DNA of 64,000 nt, taken from Sphingobacteriaceae bacterium. Lineage in GTDB: Bacteria > Bacteroidota > Bacteroidia > Sphingobacteriales > Sphingobacteriaceae. The stretch spans positions 168,681-232,680 of the forward strand of contig CANHGR010000001.1 of the NCBI GenBank assembly GCA_947460875.1, read 5' to 3'. Below the pieces are notes generated by a model. That model had not been told where the DNA came from. It searched no databases and saw nothing but the letters and a program-made list of their open reading frames with translations. Positions 45,055 through 53,680 of the stretch are shown here, piece by piece. Position 1 is the stretch's first letter, and the number at the start of each line of letters is the position of its first letter. Both the position numbers and the translations under genes were made by a program.

Positions 45055-46077
45055 CTAGTTTAAATTTAAAAGGAATTGCATTGTGTCAATTCCATCTGCA
45101 TAGTCCCATAATTCGGGTTCCTGACTTTTGCCGAAATTTACCCCAGCAGCTGTTGCGCTGAATGAACTGCCGGCCACGGTGCATTGAATTTGATTTGCAA
45201 TTAAACTTAACTTTGTTTCTAAACTTTTCAAGTCTGTATATTCCTCATAATATAATACCGCTAGGGGTGACGCTAAGCTTTCATCGCGTTTTAGTAGTAA
45301 AAATCCATTGTCTAAGTGTTCCACCCGATTAACCAAAAAGATAGATTTATTGTAATCGTAATTATTATTGTATTTGTGGTGGTTAGCGATGTGTTCATAG
45401 ACCTGAATCGATTCAAAGAACAATCGAAAATCATAACCCTCAGGCACATATAATTTGGAAATATTGCGGCAGCCAAGACCGTAAAAAGAAAATATATCCT
45501 TTCCTAATGCGTTGAGATCCTTGATGCTTTCATCGCCCGCTAAGACTGCGACACTAGTACGGTTTTTGCGAATAATGTGCGGAAAGCCACGAAAATAGTA
45601 ATCAAAATAACGAGACGAATTATTGCTTCCGGTTGCGATAACAGCATCAAACCCTTCGAGGCGATCAATAAATTGAAAATGTTTTGAAAATGATGGTTCA
45701 ATCTCTGCTAACCTTTGAAGTAAATAGGGGATGAGCTTCTGATCTTGAGAGGATAATTTAATTAACGCCGTCTGGCCACTGGCCAGCACACATAAAATAT
45801 CGTGAAATCCTACCATCGGAATATTACCGGCAAGTACCAATCCGATTTTCTTTTCAATTCTACTCCCGAAACGTTCATCATATAAGTTAAACCAGTGGTT
45901 AACGGCAGATTCTCGGAGCATATTTCGGATCGATATCAAGGCACTTTCAACCTGATCGGGCGTAAACCAAGCGTTGAAATTCCTACTGGAGTCTATGATA
46001 TTTCTTAGCTCTTCGTGGCTTGTTTCCAGAAGCTCGCCGAGGCGTATAAAAGCGGACTTTCGTTGATTAGGTGTCAA
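45055..46077 (-). CDS. LuxC-like acyl-CoA reductase family protein
   Basis: 340 aa. GLVLAGNIPMVGFHD, ATGSNNSSRYFDYYF and FYGLGCRNISKLYVP (candidate catalytic Cys) match the LuxC/acyl-CoA reductase layout. TTG start. Confidence 0.7.
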   Translation of the reverse strand: MTPNQRKSAFIRLGELLETSHEELRNIIDSSRNFNAWFTPDQVESALISIRNMLRESAVNHWFNLYDERFGSRIEKKIGLVLAGNIPMVGFHDILCVLASGQTALIKLSSQDQKLIPYLLQRLAEIEPSFSKHFQFIDRLEGFDAVIATGSNNSSRYFDYYFRGFPHIIRKNRTSVAVLAGDESIKDLNALGKDIFSFYGLGCRNISKLYVPEGYDFRLFFESIQVYEHIANHHKYNNNYDYNKSIFLVNRVEHLDNGFLLLKRDESLASPLAVLYYEEYTDLKSLETKLSLIANQIQCTVAGSSFSATAAGVNFGKSQEPELWDYADGIDTMQFLLNLN

Positions 46078-46114
46078 AATAAGAGTCTCAAAACTAAATT
46101 CTTTAGAAAAATAT

Positions 46115-46122
46115 TATCTTTG
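46115..46122 (+). promoter_or_regulatory. candidate -7 promoter box (TAnnTTTG) for the ferredoxin gene
   Basis: TATCTTTG at 46115, with a second TAAATTTG at 46130..46137, in the divergent LuxC-like/ferredoxin intergenic region. Confidence 0.3.
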
Positions 46123-46192
46123 TAGCAATTAAATTTGTCTTACGACCATTTAATATAGTGCAAAAATAACGTTTAAAAGAGAATAAACAGAC

Positions 46193-46543
46193 ATGGCAAT
46201 TAGAATCACAGATGAATGTATCAATTGCGGGGCTTGTGAACCCGAGTGCCCTAACAATGCTATTTATGATGCAGGAACTGCGTGGCGCTTTTCTGATGGT
46301 ACAGGTTTGCGTGGTGTAATTGATTTTGGAGATGGCACTACATTAGACTCAGAAGAATCACAAGCGGCAATTTCTGATGAGGTTTATTACATTGTACCTG
46401 ATAAGTGCACAGAATGTGTGGGCTTTCACGATGAGCCGCAGTGTGCTGCAGTTTGTCCGGTTGATTGCTGTGTGGATGATGAAGACGTACGTGAAACTAA
46501 AGAAGAACTTTTGGCTAAGAAAACTTGGCTGCATGTTGAGTAA
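46193..46543 (+). CDS. 4Fe-4S dicluster ferredoxin
   Basis: 116 aa. CINCGACEPECP and CTECVGFHDEPQCAAVCP cluster motifs. Confidence 0.85.
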   Translation: MAIRITDECINCGACEPECPNNAIYDAGTAWRFSDGTGLRGVIDFGDGTTLDSEESQAAISDEVYYIVPDKCTECVGFHDEPQCAAVCPVDCCVDDEDVRETKEELLAKKTWLHVE

Positions 46544-46596
46544 AAAAAAGTACTGAAACATATTTGAAAGCGTTCTCAGTAAACCGAAGCGTTTTT

Positions 46597-47064
46597 TTAT
46601 CCCTTTCCGGGGATAATTAGTAAGGGGCACTTGGTTTTGTTTATAATGCTCTCAGCCACGCTGCCGACGATAAAATGGTCTAATCCCGTTCGACCGTGTG
46701 TTCCTAAAATAATTAAATCTGCAGTCCATTCATCCGCAGTCGATACTATTTCATCTCTGGGATTGCCAATTTTCTCAAATATTTTAATCTTTAATTCTGA
46801 TTCCGCAGTTTTAATAAGTCGAACGAACAGCCGCTGGCTAGCTTCGTCCTGAATCTTCATCAATTCGGGAATGATCATTACCGGTTCGTTTAGTACCTGG
46901 TCAGTAACATAGGGTGAGCACAAGGGAATTTCATTTACATGAACCAAAGCTAATTCTGCACCTAAGGTTTTTCCAAGAGAGAAGCCATATGCAACGGCTT
47001 TGTCTGAATAAACACTGTCTTCGACAGCGATCAGTATCTTCTTTATCGTTATATCCTTAACCAT
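46597..47064 (-). CDS. universal stress protein (UspA family)
   Basis: 155 aa. KILIAVEDS...LALVHV...ADLIILGTHGRTGL...GSVAES. Confidence 0.8.
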   Translation of the reverse strand: MVKDITIKKILIAVEDSVYSDKAVAYGFSLGKTLGAELALVHVNEIPLCSPYVTDQVLNEPVMIIPELMKIQDEASQRLFVRLIKTAESELKIKIFEKIGNPRDEIVSTADEWTADLIILGTHGRTGLDHFIVGSVAESIINKTKCPLLIIPGKG

Positions 47065-47118
47065 ACTTAATTAAACTGTTTTTTTTAACTTAAAGTTTTA
47101 TAAAACGTGGATTTTTTT

Positions 47119-47919
47119 ATGTCTTTTTGTGACATGAGGTCGTTTGGAATTTGTAACCTTTCTGTGGTGCCACTTCGCGCAGAACCTTCTGACAAGAGTG
47201 AATTAGCTACGCAACTTCTTTTTGGTGATCATTTTGAAATTCTTGAGCGCAATGAGAAATGGATGCTAGTTAGAGTAGCGTATGATGGCTACGAAGGATG
47301 GATTGATCCTAAGCAGGTTGAGCAAATTGACGAGGATTCATTTTTTAAATTAGAGACCGGCGGATTTATTTGTGGACTGAAAGTTTCGCAAACTCTGATA
47401 ACGCCCGCTGGCGACACAATAAGCTTGCTGCCCGGAAGTGTTTTGCCACTTTTTGATGGGAAATTTGTGTATATCAATGAGAAAGCGTACGAGTTCGCCG
47501 ATTTGGCAACAAGACCGGACAGTAGTACTTTTAAAAAGGAAATTGCAGAAGCTGCTTCGTTTTATTTGTTTTGTCCATATTTGTGGGGAGGTAAAACGCC
47601 CTTTGGAATAGATTGTTCAGGCTTTACCCAGATGGTTTTCAAGCAGTTCGGCCTAAAAATTAAACGCGATACCTGGCAGCAAGCAGAACAAGGTACGATG
47701 GTCAATTTTTTGGATGAAGCGAATCCCGGCGATTTGGCTTTTTTTGATAATACAGAGGGTAGAATCATCCACGTAGGAATTATGCTCGATAAACATCGAA
47801 TTATACATGCTTCCGGCAGGGTTAGAGTTGACCGAATTGACAATTACGGAATATACAACGAAGAACTCGGTAGACATTCTCATAAATTACGAGTAATTAA
47901 AAGGTTTGCTAAAGTCTAG
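47119..47919 (+). CDS. NlpC/P60 (C40) family peptidase with N-terminal SH3-like domain
   Basis: GICNLSVVPLRAEPS...GYEGWI (SH3b-like), GIDCSGFTQMVF (catalytic Cys), IIHVGIM (His). Start uncertain: GTG 47107, ATG 47119 or ATG 47134. Confidence 0.8.
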   Translation: MSFCDMRSFGICNLSVVPLRAEPSDKSELATQLLFGDHFEILERNEKWMLVRVAYDGYEGWIDPKQVEQIDEDSFFKLETGGFICGLKVSQTLITPAGDTISLLPGSVLPLFDGKFVYINEKAYEFADLATRPDSSTFKKEIAEAASFYLFCPYLWGGKTPFGIDCSGFTQMVFKQFGLKIKRDTWQQAEQGTMVNFLDEANPGDLAFFDNTEGRIIHVGIMLDKHRIIHASGRVRVDRIDNYGIYNEELGRHSHKLRVIKRFAKV

Positions 47920-48051
47920 GTAAACTACGTCCAAAAGACATTAGCGTCACTCGTTTAATGAAATTTCGAGATTTTATTTGCATCCTGTCACAGTTCTCAC
48001 GTTAACGGGAAATATTATTTAACTTAGATCGTTAAACTAAAAACTAATTTT

Positions 48052-48870
48052 ATGAACCAAGCATCTCCTTCTCTTTTTAAGAGAATCTTTAACACTGCAT
48101 TCTTCTCTGCCGGAATTTTGATGGCTCTGATTATTATATTGCTCTTTGGGACAAGCTCTAAAACCGTTGCTGCTGAGGCGAAAAAGCCATTTCGAATCTT
48201 GTTGATAACAGGCGGATGCTGCCACAATTATGTTTTTCAGGCTCAAGCTTTAAAGGAAGCAATGGAAAAAGTAGTCAAACGAGCTGCAGTAGATGTCAAC
48301 GTTGTAAATGAAGGCGGAACAGGAACTCAATATGTAGCCCCGCTTTATGACGACCCTAATTGGGCTAAGGGATATGATGTAGTTGTTCATAACGAATGTT
48401 TTGCAGATACTAAAGACCCTAATTATTTTAGAAAAATTACAAGGGCGCATTATGCCGGTGTGCCGGCCGTAGTGATACACTGTGCGATGCATACTTACCG
48501 TTCAGCGACAGAAGATGATTGGCGCGAAATGTTAGGGGTAACTAGTAAGAGACATGACCGTCAGGTTAAATTTTCTGTTAAAATAGATGACCTTAAAAAT
48601 CCAATAGTAAAAGGGATGCCTGCAGAATGGAATCCGACTGCTTCTGATGAGCTTTATAATATTGACAAGCTTTGGCCTAATGCCAAAGCACTCGCTAGTG
48701 CGGTGAGTGTAGAGAGCAAAAAAACCTATCCCGTAGTATGGACTAATCAATATGGGAAAGCCCGTGTTTTTGGTACAACTTTAGGACATGGCGACACTTG
48801 GAAAGACCCGATTTTTACGAATATGCTTTCCAGAGGCATTTTATGGGCAGCAGGCGACCTTAAAAAATAA
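48052..48870 (+). CDS. ThuA domain-containing protein (secreted or anchored)
   Basis: 272 aa. N-terminal TM/signal, then FRILLITGGCCHNY...VVVHNECF...AVVIHCAMH...WTNQYGKARVFGTTLGH, typical of the ThuA-like class-I glutamine-amidotransferase-fold family. Confidence 0.75.
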   Translation: MNQASPSLFKRIFNTAFFSAGILMALIIILLFGTSSKTVAAEAKKPFRILLITGGCCHNYVFQAQALKEAMEKVVKRAAVDVNVVNEGGTGTQYVAPLYDDPNWAKGYDVVVHNECFADTKDPNYFRKITRAHYAGVPAVVIHCAMHTYRSATEDDWREMLGVTSKRHDRQVKFSVKIDDLKNPIVKGMPAEWNPTASDELYNIDKLWPNAKALASAVSVESKKTYPVVWTNQYGKARVFGTTLGHGDTWKDPIFTNMLSRGILWAAGDLKK

Positions 48871-48878
48871 TTTGCCAA

Positions 48879-48914
48879 CCTAGCCTAGGGTTTAAACCCT
48901 GGGCTAGGTTTTGG
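48879..48914 (+). terminator. strong hairpin/terminator after the ThuA gene
   Basis: Near-perfect palindrome CCTAGCCTAGGGTTT/AAACCCTGGGCTAGG (one G-U pair) followed by TTTT. Confidence 0.6.
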
Positions 48915-48926
48915 AGCCGTAAAACT

Positions 48927-48965
48927 AAAAAAGCCTTATAAATCAATGATTTATAAGGCTTTTTT
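48927..48965. terminator. bidirectional rho-independent terminator (serves tRNA-Lys on the minus strand)
   Basis: AAGCCTTATAAATCA/TGATTTATAAGGCTT 15-bp palindromic stem flanked by an A-run and a T-run. Lies 9 nt beyond the tRNA 3' end. Confidence 0.75.
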
Positions 48966-48973
48966 AGTTTTTG

Positions 48974-49046
48974 TGACCCCGCTGGGATTCGAACCCAGGA
49001 CCCCAACATTAAAAGTGTTATGCTCTACCAGCTGAGCTACGAGATC
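48974..49046 (-). tRNA. tRNA-Lys (anticodon TTT)
   Basis: Hand-folded 73-nt cloverleaf on the minus strand: acceptor GATCTCG/CGGGGTC (two G-U pairs), D arm GCTC-AGCTGGTA-GAGC, anticodon arm TAACA-CTTTTAA-TGTTG, variable loop GGGTC, T arm CTGGG-TTCGAAT-CCCAG, discriminator A. CCA is not encoded. Confidence 0.9.
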
Positions 49047-49282
49047 GCTTCCCCCTTTCGGATAAAGTGGTGCAAATATAGGGTTATAGAAGCTATGTCG
49101 CAACAGATGTTTCGAATTATTTCAAAAGGGCTAAAAATCAACGTAATAGGGTACTGGGAAACCAAAAATCTATCATCACGATCGTCCAGTTTAACACTCA
49201 ATTCTGTCCAAAAATAATTTGCAGAGCCCTTAAACGGCATCGCTAGTTGCGATTATAATCCATCAAGTAGCATTTACGCAAA

Positions 49283-49723
49283 TTAGCCGCTTACTGTAAG
49301 CGTGCTCCCTGTGATACTTACGTTATACTTCTTTAGGTTAATACGAGCGGGGCCGTTTATCACAGCGCCGGAGGTGGTAAACGTGGCTGCGTGACTTGGG
49401 CAAACAAAACGACCCTGGGTGGCGCTGAAGTTTATTGAAGTGCCCTCATGAGTACAAGCGACTTGAACGGCCGAAAAAGAAGTAGCAACGTTGCCGGTGG
49501 CAATCCGAGCTATGATAACTCCTCCACTGGTTTTTGTTTCGCCCACCGCTTTAATTTCGTTATTTAAATCTAGGGTGAAGCTAACTGCGGCCGGCGGTGG
49601 ATTTGTGGTGCCCCCTCCTCCTGTCGGTCCGGGATCATCGCTTTTGCTACAGGCAGCAAGGCATCCGACACAGGCCGCTGCTAATCCAATCCCTAGGGTA
49701 CTTATAAATTCATTCCTTTTCAT
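49283..49723 (-). CDS. small Rieske [2Fe-2S] domain lipoprotein
   Basis: 146 aa. MKRNEFISTLG... signal with lipobox LAAC, a Gly/Pro-rich linker (PGPTGGGGTTNPPPA), and the Rieske motif CTHEG-x15-CPSH. Confidence 0.75.
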   Translation of the reverse strand: MKRNEFISTLGIGLAAACVGCLAACSKSDDPGPTGGGGTTNPPPAAVSFTLDLNNEIKAVGETKTSGGVIIARIATGNVATSFSAVQVACTHEGTSINFSATQGRFVCPSHAATFTTSGAVINGPARINLKKYNVSITGSTLTVSG

Positions 49724-49883
49724 AATTGGTTTTTTCTCTATAACGAAAAAAGAAAACTAAAGTTTACCTCTGCTTCGTGCTTTGATATCATTAATTTATC
49801 TACAGTGGTTTTGAAAAGTTAGTTACGACGAAATGCCGTCGTTTTTTCGGTATATTGGTTCTATACTCCTTGCACTTTGCTGT

Positions 49884-51938
49884 CTACTCCACCTCCGATG
49901 TTGAAGATGCAACTCTATAAAGTACTATTCCCATAATCACAAAGAAGATAAAGCCTAATATGTGGTAGCCGCCTGTACCCAGCACTCCTTCAATATTTCC
50001 TTCCATATTTAAGCTGCCTACCGGTAATGCTGTCGATTCGAATGCCATCAGGAACGCATAAATAACTCCCATTAACGCACCGCCGGCCACCAAGCCGGTT
50101 GCAAAAAGACTACCTTTGCCTAGTTCATCGTCGTCCAGAGAATCTTTGCCATTTCGTGATTTCCAGTCTATTAGCCCCTTGATGGCGCCTCCGCAAAAAA
50201 TCGGCAGCGTTGTCGACAATGGCAAGTACGCTCCAACAGCAAATGACAGTGCATTTACACCGCAAAGTTCTATCGTTATTGCAAGAAATACCCCCACAAG
50301 AACAAATTGCCAATCAAGGTTGAAAGATAAAAGTCCCTTAATCAAAGTAGCCATCAACGTGCCTTGGGGTGCAGGATACGTATCTGTTCCTATGGCGTGC
50401 TGGATACCTTGAGCAAGCATTTCGGGCGTTGGTCGGTCTAGAATTGAAAGGGTAAGGCCGATAACAACCGATGAGACAACCACTCCAACAAAAAGGGCTA
50501 GCTGTTGATATTTAGGTGTCGCACCTATAATATAACCTGTTTTAAGATCCTGTGACGTAGCACCAGCATTCGCAGCGGCAATGCAAATCATGCTCCCAAC
50601 CACTAAAGCCATAGGCTCGAATAGTTGTCCAGTCCATCCAATACTGATGAACACCAAACATGTTCCCATTAAGGTTGCAATAGTCATTCCGGAGATTGGG
50701 TTGGAGCTGGATCCAATAAGGCCTACAATGCGACTAGAAACTGTCACAAAAAAGAATCCGAAAATCACAACTAGAAATCCAATAAGTATTTTATTGAAAA
50801 TAAAATCGCCCGGAATTTGGGGTAGAATTGCCATTAATACGATCAAAGCTAAGCTGCCTACTATGACAGTCATAAAAGATAGATCTCTATCTGTACGTTT
50901 TGTCTCTATTTTTTCAGGACCGACTTTGTTTATGGAGCTAAGGCTCGATTTAAAAGATGATACAATTGTTGGTATCGTTTTAATTAATGTCATAAACCCG
51001 CCAGCAGCAACCGCACCAGCACCGATTTGTCTGATATATGCCCTATAAATTGCGGCGGCAGTGTCTGCAAATGATTTTGTAGCAGGATCCCATCCGCCGG
51101 GTCCTCCCGGTGTCATCAAATCTTTCAAATAGCCTAATTTTACTAATTGTAGTGCAGTAGTTTCAGCAGGTACAAGTGTTGCGAGAAGTGGAATTAGTCC
51201 GAGCCATGCCAACACTCCGCCGGCAACCAGCACACCCGCAATCCGCGGTCCTATGATATAGCCCACGCCAAGATATTCGGGAGTAATTTCTCCGTTTAAC
51301 GTTGCAGAAGGGAAATACTTATTACTCTGGGATGTAACCCATGCAGGAGCTTCTGCGATTACATGAAAGAGTTTTTGAAGTATCGCGTATGCGAAGGCAA
51401 AACCTAGACCCTGATAGGCTGTTTTTGCGAATCCCCCTCCTTTTTCACCGGCAATAAGAACTGAGGCACAAGCAGTCCCTTCAGGATAAGGCAAAATGCC
51501 ATGCTCCTCGACGATTAGTGATTTTCGTAATGGGATCATCATCAATGTCCCGAGAACACCGCCAAGCGATGCTAAAAGAAAAACTGGCCAATAGGAAAAA
51601 AATGACTCTCCGTTGCTTCCGGCCGATAGAAAGAGAAAGCCTGGCAAAGTAAAAACGACTCCTGCCGCCACTGATTCGCCCGCAGAGCCAGTGGTCTGAA
51701 TGATATTGTTTTCAAGTATGGTTGTTTTGAAAAATTTGCGTCCGATAGAAATTGCAAGCACCGCAATTGGAATTGAAGCCGACACGGTCAGGCCAGCTTT
51801 AAGTGCGAGGTATACGGTGGAAGCTCCAAAAATTACGCCGAAAAGTGCTCCTAGAAGAATCGCTTTTAAAGTGAATTCCGCAATATTGCTGCCGGCAGAA
51901 ACGTAAGGCTCAAACTCTTTTGGTGTCTTTGATTGCAT
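49884..51938 (-). CDS. OPT family oligopeptide transporter
   Basis: 684 aa and highly polytopic. EFTLKAILLGALFGVIFGASTVYLALKAGLTVSASIP... is a typical OPT N-terminus and the size fits. Confidence 0.75.
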   Translation of the reverse strand: MQSKTPKEFEPYVSAGSNIAEFTLKAILLGALFGVIFGASTVYLALKAGLTVSASIPIAVLAISIGRKFFKTTILENNIIQTTGSAGESVAAGVVFTLPGFLFLSAGSNGESFFSYWPVFLLASLGGVLGTLMMIPLRKSLIVEEHGILPYPEGTACASVLIAGEKGGGFAKTAYQGLGFAFAYAILQKLFHVIAEAPAWVTSQSNKYFPSATLNGEITPEYLGVGYIIGPRIAGVLVAGGVLAWLGLIPLLATLVPAETTALQLVKLGYLKDLMTPGGPGGWDPATKSFADTAAAIYRAYIRQIGAGAVAAGGFMTLIKTIPTIVSSFKSSLSSINKVGPEKIETKRTDRDLSFMTVIVGSLALIVLMAILPQIPGDFIFNKILIGFLVVIFGFFFVTVSSRIVGLIGSSSNPISGMTIATLMGTCLVFISIGWTGQLFEPMALVVGSMICIAAANAGATSQDLKTGYIIGATPKYQQLALFVGVVVSSVVIGLTLSILDRPTPEMLAQGIQHAIGTDTYPAPQGTLMATLIKGLLSFNLDWQFVLVGVFLAITIELCGVNALSFAVGAYLPLSTTLPIFCGGAIKGLIDWKSRNGKDSLDDDELGKGSLFATGLVAGGALMGVIYAFLMAFESTALPVGSLNMEGNIEGVLGTGGYHILGFIFFVIMGIVLYRVASSTSEVE

Positions 51939-52020
51939 ATCGAACAGGTTTTAATTGTTGAATTTAACTAAAGTTTTTCTGCTTTTTAAAAAATGAAATC
52001 TAAAAAGTTTAAAAGAAATG

Positions 52021-52028
52021 TAGATTTG
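52021..52028 (+). promoter_or_regulatory. candidate -7 promoter box (TAnnTTTG) abutting the gmhB start
   Basis: TAGATTTG ends 5 nt before ATG 52034. Confidence 0.2.
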
Positions 52029-52033
52029 CTCGG

Positions 52034-52522
52034 ATGAAAAAAAATAAAGCAGTTTTTCTTGATCGAGACGGAGTCTTAAACCGTGAGATGGGCGACTATG
52101 TTTGCAAAATAGAAGATTTCCATATCCTTGAACATAACTTCGAACCTTTATTGCAATTGCAGAAAAGAGGATATCTGCTGATCGTTGTTACCAATCAAGG
52201 CGGATTAGCGAAAGGCTGGTATACTAAAGAAACACTAGATGAAATGCATGGGCGTTTGCGAAATATGTACTTAGAAAATGGAGTTACAATAAGCGATTTT
52301 TACTATTGCAACCACCATCCTAATTTTACCAAATGTCTTTGTCGTAAACCTGGGTCGATCATGCTCGAAAAGGCGTGTGCCCGTTTTGAGGTTGATCCTT
52401 CCAAGTCTTATTTTATAGGTGATCGCGAACGCGACGTGATAGCGGGCGAAGCAGCGGGTGTAAATGGAATTTTAATTGATAGCGATCAGCCGATTGGAGA
52501 TGTGATGCATTTAATAGCCTAG
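52034..52522 (+). CDS. gmhB: D-glycero-D-manno-heptose 1,7-bisphosphate 7-phosphatase (HAD-IIIA, GmhB family)
   Basis: 162 aa. FLDRDGVLN, VVTNQ, CNHHPNFTKCLCRKP (Zn-binding Cys/His cluster), IGDRERD. Confidence 0.75.
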   Translation: MKKNKAVFLDRDGVLNREMGDYVCKIEDFHILEHNFEPLLQLQKRGYLLIVVTNQGGLAKGWYTKETLDEMHGRLRNMYLENGVTISDFYYCNHHPNFTKCLCRKPGSIMLEKACARFEVDPSKSYFIGDRERDVIAGEAAGVNGILIDSDQPIGDVMHLIA

Positions 52523-52635
52523 CGTAATGCTCTGTCACACTGAGCTCGTCGAAGTGTGAGGTGAACATTCTACGGAAAGGTTTCGACAGGCTTTTGCGGA
52601 ATCTTCTAGAGTCTGCGACCGGTGGGCAGCGTAAT
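52521..52635. repeat. REP/MITE-like intergenic hairpin element flanked by an 8-bp direct repeat (AGCGTAAT)
   Basis: AGCGTAAT occurs at 52521-52528 (overlapping the gmhB stop) and again at 52628-52635. The 99 bp between them contain hairpin TCACACT-gagctcgtcga-AGTGTGA (52535-52559) and a degenerate copy of the opposite arm (tttcgacaggct, 52580-52591). Confidence 0.4.
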
Positions 52636-52643
52636 AAACTAAC

Positions 52644-53621
52644 TTAAAGACCCTTTCTCTTCTTCACAATATCTTTTACTATTTTCTCTGCATGTATCCG
52701 GGAATTCTCAATGAACCAAGTATGGGTGTTCATTCCCCCACAAACTACTCCTGCAAGATAAATCCCTTGCTGATTCGTTTCCATCGAATCAGCATGATAG
52801 TTCGGTTGCATAACGGCATCGTCAGAAAGCTTAATGCCTAGCTTTTCTATAAATGGAAGGTTCGGTTTATATCCGGTCATCGCTAGAACAAAGTCGTTGT
52901 CAATTGTGACGATTCCTTTGGCAGTTTGAATATCCACTTCATATTTCCTCACCGCTGCCAAAGTAGAATTGAAGTATGCTTTTATCGAACCTTCCTCGAT
53001 GCGGTTTATTATATCCGGTCGAACCCAATATTTTACTCTTGGCCCAATTTGGTTTTGGCGGATGACCATTGTTACCTCTGCACCTTTACGATAAGTTTCC
53101 AATGCAACATCGACCGCCGAGTTATTTGCGCCAACTACCAAAACTTTTTTAGTTGCGTAATAATGAGGGTCCTGATAATAATGCCTTAGCTTGGGAAGAT
53201 CTTCTCCCGGAATATTTAGCTTATTTGGAATGTCATAAAAGCCAGTTGCTATGACAATATTTTTAGCCGTGTATTTAGTTTTTGTGGTGACGATGGTAAA
53301 ATGTTCAGCCTTTAAAATCGATTCAACTTCTTCAAATAAGTTTATGTTTAACTCGCTTGACAATGCTACTCGTCTATAATATTCGAGTGCCTCGGCCCGT
53401 ACCGGCTTAGGATTGTTTGATACGAATGGAATTCCCCCAATTTCTAGCCTTTCTGATGTAGAAAAGAACGCCATGTTCATGGGATAATGGTAAAGGGAAT
53501 TAACCAGGCATCCCTTTTCGATGATCACGTAAGTCAGACCCGCCTTTTTGGCTTCAAGTCCGCATGCCAGACCAATTGGTCCGCCGCCAATAATAAGTAG
53601 ATCGAGGATGTTTGCAGCCAT
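52644..53621 (-). CDS. FAD-dependent pyridine nucleotide-disulfide oxidoreductase, YpdA/thioredoxin-reductase-like
   Basis: 325 aa. LLIIGGGPIGLACG (FAD GxGxxG), VLVVGANNSAVDVA (second dinucleotide site), IYLAGVV. Confidence 0.7.
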   Translation of the reverse strand: MAANILDLLIIGGGPIGLACGLEAKKAGLTYVIIEKGCLVNSLYHYPMNMAFFSTSERLEIGGIPFVSNNPKPVRAEALEYYRRVALSSELNINLFEEVESILKAEHFTIVTTKTKYTAKNIVIATGFYDIPNKLNIPGEDLPKLRHYYQDPHYYATKKVLVVGANNSAVDVALETYRKGAEVTMVIRQNQIGPRVKYWVRPDIINRIEEGSIKAYFNSTLAAVRKYEVDIQTAKGIVTIDNDFVLAMTGYKPNLPFIEKLGIKLSDDAVMQPNYHADSMETNQQGIYLAGVVCGGMNTHTWFIENSRIHAEKIVKDIVKKRKGL

Positions 53622-53680
53622 ATGCGAAAATAAGTTTTTAGCTGCGATGATGCAGGAGATTTATTAAATAAGCTAACACA

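Noticed and set aside
49020-49240. Two overlapping 65-67 aa ORFs next to the tRNA
   Set aside because: One begins inside the tRNA-Lys gene. The region is more plausibly the tRNA promoter and spacer. There is no coding evidence.
49825-49847. ACGACG-aaatgc-CGTCGT hairpin followed by T6, oriented as a plus-strand terminator between two minus-strand genes (OPT transporter and Rieske lipoprotein)
   Set aside because: The stem is only 6 bp, there is no plus-strand gene to terminate, and on the minus strand the U-run is on the wrong side. It is probably fortuitous, although an antisense or small plus-strand transcript cannot be excluded without RNA data.
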